A stretch of DNA of 64,000 nucleotides. Source: Narcine bancroftii (Eukaryota). The notes below the pieces were generated by a model. That model made no database searches and was not told the origin of the DNA. It saw only the letters and a list, made by a program, of their open reading frames with translations. Positions within the stretch are counted from its first letter, which is position 1. Every line of letters starts with the position of its first letter. This document shows positions 24,062 through 35,704 of this stretch, one piece after another. Made by a program: the position numbers and the translations under genes. The stretch covers positions 65,968,001-66,032,000 of the forward strand of contig NC_091480.1 of assembly GCF_036971445.1 (NCBI RefSeq), in the 5' to 3' direction.

Positions 24062-25904
24062 CATACATTTTCATGAATATTGAGCGTTAATTCATGTCCA
24101 TGTATTTGGATGTACAAATCTGTAAAAAATTAAATATGTGTTGGACTCTGTAGGTTGAAGAATTTTTAAAAATTCCATTAACTGCATGGACAACTCAAGC
24201 TGGAAACTAAGAGAGGGTATAAAGATGTCACAAGATGGTATGGAAAAACTAATCGAGAACAATACATCAAATTAAATTGTGAGGGTATACATATTCAAAA
24301 TGGGGAAATGTTATTCCCTGGACAGATACTAATTGTATAAGGATTTTAAAGCAGGGATTGTTGATTTTAAATCAACATTCAATTCTGCAGTGGGAAGATC
24401 AAATATGGACAAAATTGCCATCCTCAAACACATTTTTTAAAGGACAATACAAGGTCCACTATCGACTTTGCAACAGTTTTCCAATGGAAAAAAAACTGTG
24501 ACACTCTTTCAACCCATAAGAGAGCTTCCCCATTGACAGAAATGATCTGATAATATTCGAATATTCGTTCACTGCTTTATTATGAATTACGGAACTCCAC
24601 AAAGTTGCCAAAACAGTTTCAAGCCTGTAGATGGCAGGGTTTCACTTCAAATGAAAAGTAAGCTTTTGTGGGCGAACCACCAAATAATTCTGGCTGCGAT
24701 ATCGTAACATTCTGCCAGAATTAAAATGAATAGTCCTCTTTCTAGTTCCGAATGTTGTCACTTTGCACATATAGTGACTGGCTGGCTAACTAGTAGAAAT
24801 AAAAGATCATTTAATTCACTAATCTTAGACATCCACGGCCAATAAAGCAGTTTGAATCACCATTGTAATGCAAAAACTGCAGGTGCCAGAACCTTGAGTG
24901 AATAGGAGGGTCCGACAACATTCATGGAGAGGAACAGTCAGGCAACGTTTTGGGTTGGGGACCTTTATGGGAATTAAAGTGGGAAGGGGAGGCATTAAGC
25001 ATTAAATGATTGGGGGTGGGGTAGGGGTTAAGGCTAGGATCCTGGACAAATGAAGGAGGTGGAGAGGCACGAAAGAGAAAAGATCACGGTGGGTTGGGGG
25101 GGGAGGAGTGTGAGGGAGGGCTGTTGGAGAGAATAGTAAGAACGGCAGCAAGTAAAACACAGATGGAAACTGTGGAATGGGATGTGTTGTTCCTCTAGCA
25201 ATGTATGAGGCCAAGGATAGACAAGTCCATGTGGTTATGGTAAAGGATAGTAAAATATACTGGAGGATTTTGCCAAGGTAGAGTGGATGGTCCTTCTTCA
25301 GTGCTCTGGTTCCAGCTGGAGGCTGTCCATTTCTATTCATTATATGGGAAGGCAGGGATCATTGCTATTGCTCCATAGACAATAAACTTGCTGCTGGTTT
25401 GGAGGTCTTGTCTTTGTCTTAAGTCAAACGAACGATGTGCTGGTGTATTAGAAGACATGGCAAATTTGTTATTGATGTCTGCCTTCAGCAGAGGCGCTCC
25501 TCAAATTCAGATTATCCCTATTTTCCAAAGTCTTGTGATGGCTTTTGACCTTTCAAATTTGGGTGGATGAGGGGCAAATTAGTCAAGTGGGAACAGATTG
25601 ATGGAAGTCTTTGGGTATTTAGCTTTTGGCCATTCTCTTGGATGCATCATTGCGTCATCTCCGAACTTGCTGCCTTCAATGTTTTGGTTTTAAGATTCGT
25701 ATCTTTGTTTTCCAGGTTTCTTGCCATCTCTGAAACCCTTCCAGGCCATTTGAAGCATCTGTCTTGCTCCTTGGCTGGCCTCGTGCAACTGTTCTTCCAT
25801 TGGTAGGCCTGCCTTTGGCTGCTGAGATGTTTACCTCTGGCAGCACGCTTAGCATAGCAGTTAGTGCAATGCTATTCCAGTGGCAGCAATCCGTTAATTT
25901 AAAA

Positions 25905-26125
25905 CAGAGATACGGAAAAGTTTCTTTAGTCAGAAGGTTGTGAGTCTGTGGAGCTGGTTGCCACAGGTGGCTGTGGAAGAGAGGTCATTGGCAGAGATTG
26001 ACAGGCATTTGATGAGTCAGGGCATCAAGGGTCACAGGGAGTAGGCCTGAGTGGGAGGGTGGATCAGTTCATGATTAGAAAGGCGGGGAAGACCCAATGG
26101 GTTAACTTCTGCTCCTAGATCTTGT
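25905..26125 (+). mobile_element. CR1-like 3' fragment
   Basis: ttctttagtcagaaggttgtgagtctgtgg...ttgccacagg, the FxQRVVxLWNxLP-like 3' end. Confidence 0.6.
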
Positions 26126-26249
26126 GAATAAACCCATCTCTGTTTTGAATTCTAAAGGTTTGCCATTCTCTGAATGAAGAAATGGCTGACAGAAATACAC
26201 ACGATAATTGTGCTCTCAGTGGTAGACATACTCAGTAAAGACAGATGCT

Positions 26250-26975
26250 GAATGAAATACAAACACAGAGACGCTGGAGGGACTTACAGACGTTTCAGGC
26301 CTGAGCCCTCCCCTCAAAGTATGAATAAAAAGCAGGCTAGTGCCCGAATCAGGCCTGAGGAGAAGGGAAGGAGCACAGATCAACACACAAAAGGTGTTAA
26401 TTGGATATGGATACTGTCTCCTTTCCCCCAGCTCTGCATTCATAGAGCCACCCCAATCCTCTGATCAATTATTTCCAGTCCATCCATTCACACCTTTTGC
26501 CTGTTGGCCCATTCTCTCTTCCCTTCTTCCCACCCTTTTAATTCAGGCGTCCGTTACTTGCACCTTGAAGAAGGGCTCAGGGCCAAAACATACAGCCCCT
26601 TTCACACCTGCATCCCACTAAATCGGCTGTTCCGTATCCCGGGAGAGGAATGGGGGTTTGGCTTTTCACACTTGACCACTCCTAACTGGGACACTGAACG
26701 CTCACACTTACAAGGAGCCATCTCCGGGCTTAGGACTGTTCTACCTTCTACCAGTGCAATTATCCATTTCACACTTGTCTGATTTGCAACGCGACTTCGG
26801 GAATTGTACTTGGCACTTGAAAGGCCGATTGGTGTTTGATTCCAGGATCACTTGCAAGTGTGAAAGCAGCTTACCTTTACCACCAGTGGACGCTGTGTGA
26901 CCGGCTGAGATCCTCCAGCATTTACAGTGTGTTTTTACTACAATCACAGCGTCTGCCGACTTTTGTGTTTCACAG
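26250..26975. mobile_element. Penelope-derived inverted pLTR element split by a DNA transposon
   Basis: gacgtttcaggcctgagccc... / caccttgaagaagggctcagggccaaaac; resumes at ~26870-26975. Confidence 0.55.
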
Positions 26976-27290
26976 TAGCCCCTTTCACACTTGCTAGTGA
27001 CCCCAGGAATCGAACGCCAATCGACCTTTAAAGTGGCAAGCGTGAAAGCAAAATCTGCTCAACACCGGCGTCCGATGACCCTGCAGACGCCAGGCGTTGA
27101 GATCAGGCGAGTGTGAAACGGGCAGCAACACTGCAGGCACTTCCGATTAAAGGTAGAACAGACCAAACACCGGGATAGACCCTTGGAAGTGTGAAAGCGT
27201 GCAGTGTCCTGGTCTAGTGTGAAAGGCCAAACCTCCATTCCTATCCCGGGACACTGAACGGTCGATTTACTGGAACGTGTGAAAGGGGCT
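26594..27290. mobile_element. Harbinger-like non-autonomous transposon(s)
   Basis: 14-bp TIR AGCCCCTTTCACAC...GTGTGAAAGGGGCT; a second left end at ~26977; many internal TTTCACAC/GTGTGAAA motifs. Confidence 0.65.
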
Positions 27291-27422
27291 ACAGTAGCTG
27301 AAATATACCCTGATGTTCAAGATAAACAATTTGCAGCTTTTGCGAGATTTTGTATTTAACTGCGTCTCGCTTTTTTTTAAATCGAGAAAAAGTGCTCCAA
27401 TTCCATAAGATACTGATGAGTC

Positions 27423-27444
27423 TGAGTCACCACCCTGGGTGGGG
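27423..27444. promoter_or_regulatory. Candidate epithelial enhancer motif cluster (AP-1 + KLF/Sp CACCC boxes)
   Basis: TGAGTCA-C-CACCC-T-GGGTGGGG, ~1 kb upstream of the copy-1 ATG; motif evidence only. Confidence 0.35.
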
Positions 27445-28344
27445 TTGTTTTGCAGCGGTTGGTGATCCCATTGCCGCGGTCACAAACGAAAAATGATGAT
27501 AAAACATGTTAAACGAAATCAAACGCTACCTTTTCAAAGGGAGAGCTTTCCTTTAAATCTCGCCCAATGACTTCGGAACAGCTAAGAAATATCATGCAAT
27601 ATCATCCCCGAAAAGTGGATTAATCGTGTGAGCATTTGTGTAGACTCAGCTGTTCAAGCCAATCTTCTCAGCTGCTTTATTGCTAGACGCCCTTCCCCAG
27701 ATTTCAAATCGTTTCGTTCATGACCCAAGATTTACAATTAATTTCCAGCAAGTTCTCGAGCATGTACAAGATCCCACACACACATGATATAGATGATTTT
27801 TTTAATGCTTCTCTAGTAAATTCTACTCAAGACTTTTTTTTAATGAGGCGAATATCCGTGGAGAGTGAGAGAGGGGCTTCACACTCGTTTTCTCTGTTCT
27901 TGAACTCATTTTTCGAACCAGGCTCATTACATATTCAGAAAAACCCGGCGACCCCTTCTGATTGGAACAGTGGCGAAATTTCAAATTCATCATCGCTCTT
28001 TGAAGACCCAAACAAAGAGCTCTGCAATCAAATGAAGCCGGTGTTGTAATGAGGTGATATCTTGGGGGTAAGGGAATAGATATAGGCTTGAATGGACTGT
28101 GAATAAAATCCACGTCTACAGCCCGACACGGCCGTGCAGCTCTGGGCAGTCAGGAGCCTGCTTTTCTGGAGCCCATACATTTCTGCTGACGCCAGCGTTG
28201 CCCGCAGCGCCAAGGGCGGTGAGCAGCGCAGGGGAACAGGTTGGAACTCACGGCAGAAGGTGGCGGCCGACTCCTCCTCCCTCTCTCCATTGCTCCAACC
28301 CCATCCTTGTCACCTGATAAGCCGACCAAGCCCTCTGTACAGCT

Positions 28345-28351
28345 CATAAAA
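28345..28351 (+). promoter_or_regulatory. TATA-like box CATAAAA (also at 40072, 51770 and 63504)
   Basis: ~90 bp upstream of an ATG in good Kozak context (ttcaccATG). Confidence 0.55.
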
Positions 28352-28436
28352 GCAGCTCCAGCCTCTCTCGGCTGCACCGGGGACTTGCGATCGCCGGAGC
28401 AGCTTCGCCGCCACAGAGCCCACATCATCTTTCACC

Positions 28437-31400
28437 ATGTCCTTAACAGGGATCAAGATAACAAGAAGCTCCTCCAGCAGATCAGGAGGACAACGAAGCT
28501 CCGGATTGGGACAATGGGGCGGGAGCCGCATGTCTTCCATAGGTGGAGGATTCAGATCGTCTGGAGGATACCAGGGTGCCGGGCGGGCTCAAAGTCTCAT
28601 CCTGTCCAGTTCGAGAAGCTCGAGGTTGTCCCGCCCCTCCGGCATGGGGCTCGGTGTTGGTATGGGGCTCGGTGTTGGCATAGGGCTCGGTGTTGGCATG
28701 AAGACGGCTGTGGATCTGCACAGCCCCTTACCCAAAAATGACCTCAGTCAGCAAGCCATTCGTCTCCAGGAGACGCAGCAGATCACTGGGCTCAACGACC
28801 GGTTTGCCTCTTTCATTGAGCAGGTCAGTGCACCAGCTCTCCCCCGTCGCGCATGTTGGGAAGCCGGGGTTGCGTGTGTCTGGCCAAATGGCGCCTCCTT
28901 TCCTTGCCGGCTCCCTGTCAATCTAACCGTGGGCTCGCTTCCCATCCGCAGGTTTGCGCGCTGGAACTGAAAAATACTGAACTGAAGACCAAACTGGATC
29001 TCCTGCAAAAGCAGGGAACTTCCACATCGAACATCGAGAACATGTTCCAAATGTACATCGCCAACCTCAAGAGGCAACTGGAAGCTCTGGGGCAGGAGAA
29101 AGCGAAGTTCGAGTCGGACCTTGTGCAAATGCAGGCGCTGGTTGAGGACTTTAAGGGCAAGTAAGTGCGTGTGAGGCATTCCCCATTTCATCTGTTCTCG
29201 TCCCGGACGCGCTCACGGGGTCAGAGACATGGAGCAGAAGCCGGCAGATTGCGGCAAGGTTCAATGCATGAGGCACCCCGCTCTCTCCCACTCGGACACT
29301 TGGTTCTGGTGCGGCGGAGCAACAGCAGCGAGTGGGCGTCTGGGGCTTCTCTATGGGACCGGCAAGTGCGCCAAGAGGAGAGGCGCAGGCGAAGCCGAGC
29401 TCTGGAACGCGAGGAGCCTCCCAGAACTCTGAAAGCCAGCGAGATGGACCGGGAGATTCAGGGCAAGGAGGGCGCGCTGGTCTGGGGCGCGGCAGGGCCG
29501 ATACTTCCCACGGAGCAGGGAGGGAAGAGCACTCCCAATGAACCGGGCAGCGTGCGAGGCGTCAGCACAAAGCAGCAGGGTCCCCTCGCAGCAACGGGAC
29601 TCAATGCCTTCTTTGGAAGAGATTTTCCCTAAAGTCTAGATTCCTTTCAGGTACGAGGATGAAATTAACAAGCGGACTGAAATGGAGAACGAGTTTGTCA
29701 TCGTCAAGAAGGTGAGTATGACTGGCGAGCTGTCTGTCCAATATGTCAAGCGCATTTCCGAGCGAGCTTTTCAAAGGCGTGGGTCACGAACATCTGTGGA
29801 CACCGTGGTTGAAGTAAGCAACGACCTTTCACAGCCGTGTGTCCCTTTCCTCTTCAGGATGTCGATGAATCCTACATGAACAAGGTGGAACTGGAGGCGA
29901 GGCTGGAAGCCTTGACCGATGAACTCGAATTCCTCAAGAGTATCTTTGACGAGGTAAACAGGCGACATGGTCCGGCAATTGGTCCCTTGCCGATCCCTTC
30001 AATCTCCTTTCAGTTCTTTTCCTTCCGCCTGTTATGAGTCCAGAGGAGCCCAAAGCCCAGCAGCAAAAGATATTCACCACGACAAGTAGTTACTTCAACA
30101 AAAGTTGTTTTAAATTCTCTTTAAACATGGAAACAGGATCAAACTTTAACGTATCACTATTAACTTAACGCCCCGACTTAAGCCCCTTTTCATTCTGAGC
30201 GCACGTGTACGTAATGTGTGCGTAAATTTAAGAAATGTTCTTTGGAAAGGTAAATGTTTACCACCCAGGAAGGTTCTTGGAGGTTTGCAGAGAGACATGT
30301 GTTGTTCCAGGATTTGCACAATTCAGGTACCACCATTATTCACCTCAATGTCTTTTTGATGAAACTTGCCCCATGTGGGTTCTCTAGATGATAACCTCTT
30401 TCTTTCTGGCCAGCACAGAGTTCCTTTCTGTTCTTCCTATTCCAAAAGAAACATCAGACAGATAGCACTTCCAGCCATCTGCCACACTGGAGCTTCTGTT
30501 TCAGTTTGAACAACCTTCTCCTGGCTGACATTGTTCAGTTTCTCCCTCTCTCTGAGATTCAGAACAGCCAGCCACATGTCATTCTCTCTCTCTCTCTCTC
30601 TCTCTCACTTGCAAAAACCCCTCCTCCTTCTCCAGCAAACAATAGGAGTTCATCTTCTGCTCCCATCTGTTGTTTTAGGTAAACAAACGTCTCAATGACC
30701 TTTGAGTGAGCCCTTTGCAGAGAGGTCAGAAGGCTTGCAAAAATGTCCAACACCATTTCAATTAGCACCTAATTGTGCAATGTGCATTGCATTCTGCAAA
30801 GTTTCTGTAAAGCCACTGAATATGAATGCTTCAGAATTTCAAATAAGATCTGTTTTAAAATGTGTGTATGTATGTAACCTACTCTAATTCTACCAATTTA
30901 TCTCCCCAAAACATCTCCAAATATTCCATCACACCACCCACCTTTAGGAAATCCGCGAGCTACAGGCACAGATCCAGAACACTTCTGTCTGCGTGCAAGT
31001 GGACACTTCTCGTAAACTGGATATGAGTGGGATCATTGAACAGATCAAGAATCAATATAAAATATTGGCAGATGCTAACCGCAAGGAGGCTGAACAATGG
31101 AAAATGATGAAGGTAAGCGTTCGCATCCAAGTCGCCAGGTCCCACCTGCACTGGCAGCTCTGACCTCTGTGTTGGAGGGGGAAACCTTTTGCTGACCAGT
31201 TCTCGATGTGTCCTTGCAGATGCAAGAGCTGAGCATGTCAGGTGGAGGTTTGGAAGCAGACATGCGGGCAATAAAAACAGAATGTAATGATCTGAATCAA
31301 TCCATCCGGAGAATCAGCATGGACATCGAAAATCTTAAAGCCCAGGTAAGCCTCGGAGTGAAAGCATGCAGGATCTGGGTATCAACACCCGCAGTTTGGC

Positions 31401-33604
31401 AAAATACCCGCTTCTCCTCCCAGCCCAAAGCAAACGGCCAAGAGACAACTGAAATCTCCGATCAATTGGGTCGAATTTTGCCATTCCAGGACCCTCTCAC
31501 TCCTTCCGGGGAAAGGCTTAGGATGCTGATCCATTCTCAGCCAATCTACAACACAGCACGCTCAGCATGGTCCTTCTCAAGGAGGGGGTTTGGGTGGGGT
31601 GTGGCAGGTGAGGCAGCGCTCCACGTACAAGTCATCATGTTAACCTTTGTGCCACTTAGCGTTTGAAACTGGAGGCTGATATCAGAGAAGCGGAAGAACG
31701 TGGGGAAATGTCTCTCAAAGGCAGTAAAAGCAGAATTCAAGAACTGCAAGACGCCATCCAGAAAGCCAAGCAAGAGATGACCAAGCAAGTCCAGGAACTC
31801 GAGAATCTGATGCAAGTCAAGCTGGGTCTGGATATGGAGATTCTTGCCTACAGGAAGCTCCTAGAGGGAGAGGAAGCAAGGTAGGACATTGGGTAGTTCC
31901 ACCTTCCATGTGTGACACCTCTACACCAATTCTGTTTTCTTGTTCCAAAGGAGCATGGGTGCAGCAGCCACGTACCTTGTACCCATGTGCTCCGCGGTGT
32001 GCCCCATTTGAGGTTGTGGAGATCCCTGCCATGCTCAGAAAGATGACTGCTTTTTACTATCAGCACTCAGGCGTGAAGAATGAGCAGCTCGGGCAAGGGT
32101 CTGCAGGCTAGAAATCCCCACGGGGTTTCACCCAACCAAGTCAGTGTTCCTTCGAGACGGAAGCAATTTGTAAACCTGAGCAAAATATGCCTCGAAACGT
32201 CCTCAAAAGGCCTGTGGTAACACGAATATTTCTTCTCAACAGGATGGCTGAAGGGATAAGAACACTCAGCATCCAATCAGTGCAACAGCAAGGTAGGCAG
32301 ACGTGTCAAGATTTTACCCAGAGAACACAGCTATATGCATTGCTTTAATGATACTTGTTCATGAGTGTTACCTCACTGGCCTTCATGGTCTCCTGGCCAA
32401 GAGATGGTGTGAACTGAACTCCTCGCTTTTCCCTTCACATCCACCGTCCTTTCCTCAGAAAGCTCACAGTTGAAATCTCACCCCGAACTGAGACTCCACA
32501 TCACGGCCTTCTTCTGCGATCAGTCGTCGGATGGCACCCTGGCTCCCAGCCTGCTGCTTTAACGAGACTCCATGTGTCTGTCTCATGGGCAGCAATCCCT
32601 CCTCATCCTTACCCTACCCGTGTCTCTGCAACAATATACACCGTTGCATTCACCTTCATTCTCCAGTGTTTCTTCTGCCTTCTCTCATTGGGACGGGATG
32701 CCCTCGCCCCTTTTGATGCCTGACTACCATTTGGTCAGCCGTTCATTCCCTCTAATGTCTGCTCTTCCTGTTCTGACATCAAGCCAAGGCATTCATCAGA
32801 GACATAGTAGCAAGGCCATCCACCTCCATCGTCACCTCCTTCCTATAATCTAACTCAGTCCCTAAGTCAGGCTGACCTATTCATTTGTGCTTTTCCCTCT
32901 TCCACATTGAACTGTTGTGCTCCTCTCTTGGAGCCCTGTTCCAATTCTTGTTGGTACATCCATCTCCATCAAAGATCTCTTGTCCTCCTTGTAACTTATT
33001 CCAACTCCCACCACCCGCTTTGTTCCCTGATGTATATTTGTTCCGAACTTGGTAATGTCGCATCTTTCCGATCTCAGTGTCCAACTCTCTCCAGAGCCCT
33101 GTGACTGTCCTTACTTATCTCTGCACTCTACCGCCCTGTTATCTCGGTGCCTTGACTGACGGATACACCTCGAGCTCCCAAATGCTGACATTTCAATGAT
33201 CACCTTTCCAAATCTTACTTCATCTCGGGTTCTCTTTCCTTCTTTTCAAACACCGTCTCCCCGCCCGCCCCCCCCCCCCCCACCCCATGCTTTGATGTGT
33301 GCCGATGTAGCTTAGAGTGAAGCTTGTGTTCGATCGAGTCCTTTGGGGTGCATTGAAGTAGCAAAGTGTCTGCCTTGGTTGTTGCAGTTCTTTCCGAAAT
33401 TGCAGCGTCCTCATTTCAATGGCCTTTCTCCCCCTTCTCTCCCCCACTGCAGCTGATTATGGGCAATTTAATCAATCGAGTAGCAAAATGTCGGGATTTC
33501 TCCAAGGGGCCGGTGAGATGGAAAGCTCTTCCATACAACTCGGAACACCATTAATTACGAAATCGGTGCTGCAATCCAAAAGCCAAGTGCAGAGCACATT
33601 TTAA
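28437..33604 (+). CDS. Divergent type II keratin, array copy 1 (488 aa, 9 exons)
   Basis: Exons 28437-28823, 28952-29160 (209), 29651-29711 (61), 29858-29953 (96), 30948-31112 (165), 31220-31345 (126), 31660-31880 (221), 32243-32292 (50), 33453-33604; all GT-AG; 1467 nt open; [36 protein letters not shown]. Exons 8 and 9 are less certain. Confidence 0.92.
30030..30933 (-). mobile_element. Solo LTR in keratin intron 4 (also 41739-42642 and 53437-54340)
   Basis: TGTTATGAG...CATCACA; both ends match the reverse complement of the 15687/21470 solo-LTR ends; flanks ccgcc/ccacc. Confidence 0.8.
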
Positions 33605-33960
33605 ATCACAAGGGAGAACCTCCTGTCCGCTCTGTCGCTCGTGGCTTCCTTGCCAGGCGCAGCAATTCTTCCTTGTGGTGTTTTTCGTGAAGTGGGTTCA
33701 CTTGGTCACATTCCCTTTCTGCATGACCTTGGAATTCTGCTCAATGCAAGCCGTTGTGCAACATGACATTAACTTCGATCTTAATGAGGACAGAAATGAT
33801 ATTACATTAGTCTGCAGCTTGGGGTTGTGAGCAAATTGGGGAAGTCATCTTTATTTGTTGGTCGTTGTAAAACAAAAACTGACCCCATGTTTTACATGCT
33901 GTATCTGCTCTCTGGTTCTCTCTCTTTCTGTATCGGAATTTACCTTGTTCATCAACTTTG

Positions 33961-33966
33961 AATAAA
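33961..33966 (+). terminator. PolyA signal of the array keratin (also ~45673 and ~57374)
   Basis: AATAAA ~360 bp after the stop codon. Confidence 0.55.
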
Positions 33967-34429
33967 CTGGAATATTTCAATCTGCAACTCTGGATTTTAC
34001 TTTGCTCAAACACATGATGAAATGATCGAAAAGGGCAGGGTTCACATCTTCGTGTCAACATTGAATCATTCCATTAGTTCCTCTCAAGGAAAAAATAGAA
34101 CAGATAGAAGTCTCAAATCAAAATCACGCCCGACCAAGTCGAGCTGCAACAGAAGGGCTCCCTCACCAGAGATAGGCCAGTTTATTATCTGAAAGTACAT
34201 ACATTGACACTGTTCACAATGCAGCTCGATTATCATAAATACTGTGCAACTCGTCAGTGGTGCAGTGAGATACGCACCGTGCCAGAACAATCCCAGTGGG
34301 TCCTGCACACAGAACCAGTCCAAATTGAATGAGGAAAGGACTCTTCATCTCCGGGCTATAAGGGCCTTGCAGGAAATGGCACGGGGACGAATCCAATGCG
34401 TTCTGCAATCTCTAATTTACCAGAATGAC

Positions 34430-35070
34430 TGCAAATTCTCCCACCGCTCCCTGAAATGGCGGGTAAAGAAGTGGTAAGGCATGCTTGCCCTTATTGTTCA
34501 CTGGGTCTAAAATTTGGGAGGTCACGCTGTAGCTGTGTAGCAATATGCTGAGGCCACATTTGGAGAATGCTGTGAAGTTCTGGTCACTGCTGTCCAAGGA
34601 CATTTTCGAGAGGGTGCAGGACATTTTCAGCCGGGAGTTGCCTGCCTTCGAGAGTATGATCTCCAACGGGTTGGACACATTTGGATTGTTTTCATTTGAA
34701 TGTTGGAGGCTGAGGGGCGTCCTGACAGCACCATATCAAATCATAACGGTCATAGATAGGCGAGATGGTCAAAGCCTCCCCACCCCCACCCCCACCCCCA
34801 CCGTGGCAAGGTCCAATATTAGAGAACGCAGCTGTCAGGTGAGACAGGGAAAGGTTAAAAGAGATGTGCGAGGCATGTTCTCCACACAACACACTGAAGA
34901 GCTTTGCTCCGGGAGGCGGTGGAAGCAGGTAGCTGCAGCATTTGAAATAGAAGTGAGGCAGGTACAGGAATAGGACGAGATGGACAGAACAAGACCCACA
35001 TGCAGGCAGGTGGGATGATTGGAAAATTGGCCCGATGATTCCCACACACATCATGGGCTGAACAGCTTCT
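34430..35070 (+). mobile_element. CR1-like LINE 3' fragment (present in each unit)
   Basis: LRPHLENAVKFWS...ERVQ...LFSFECWRLRGVL. Confidence 0.75.
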
Positions 35071-35572
35071 GCTAACTGGTCGATGTACGGAGATTTAGAA
35101 AATCCAGAACAGTGAAGCGTTCAAAATTAAAACGTAGAATTCAATATACACGATCACAAGAACACGTCATTGAAAACGCAAATGAAATGCTTCACTTGCT
35201 TTCAGTTACCCGGGCCCAGTGCCGGGTGCACCGTCTGTACAAACAGTCCCAATACCTGCTCACAGTTCGGGGACTCCCCCTGAGAGTCGGGCCTTTGTAT
35301 TGGCCACATGGTGCCCAGGCAAAGACCTGCCCCCAGCCCACCACCCCATTGGGAAGCTGGATGTGCGCGGTTACTGGTGTGGGGCGAAAGTGGTTGGGAT
35401 TCATTCCCTTCCCAACACAGGACTATCAAAACCCACGGAGCAGGACAGTTCGCCGCAGAGTGACTGTTTTCAGTGCCGGCAGGGATCAGTGTCCGTGGTT
35501 TCCTTCAGTAGCATTCGAGTTGTTGGCTCTCTCGGCATATTCATCAGCCACGCGTCCAACTGACACTCAGTG

Positions 35573-35704
35573 NNNNNNNNNNNNNNNNNNNNNNNNNNNN
35601 NNNNNNNNNNNNNNNNNNNNNNNNNNNNNNNNNNNNNNNNNNNNNNNNNNNNNNNNNNNNNNNNNNNNNNNNNNNNNNNNNNNNNNNNNNNNNNNNNNNN
35701 NNNN
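35573..35704. other. N-run, 132 nt (homologous runs 47285-47414, 130 nt; 58986-59132, 147 nt)
   Basis: Same flanks ...gacactcagtg / ccatatctac... in all three full units. Confidence 0.95.

Noticed and set aside
23770-24074. ORFs with CV/HT repeats
   Set aside because: Translation of the (GT)n microsatellite.
27413-27430. ctgatgagtc resembling a hammerhead core
   Set aside because: No paired stem II followed by GAAA; better explained as overlapping AP-1-like sites.
28241-28741. Overlapping alternative-frame ORF with [12 protein letters not shown] repeats
   Set aside because: Shadow frame of the 18-bp keratin head repeat, with a non-ATG start.
32400-33050. Possible additional exon or Penelope relic in intron 8 of the array gene
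   Set aside because: Pyrimidine-rich and degenerate; no convincing reading frame or motif to support a call.
35490-35572. Minus-strand ctgatga...gaaac next to the N-run as a possible ribozyme
   Set aside because: Spacing is long and I could not form convincing stems I-III.
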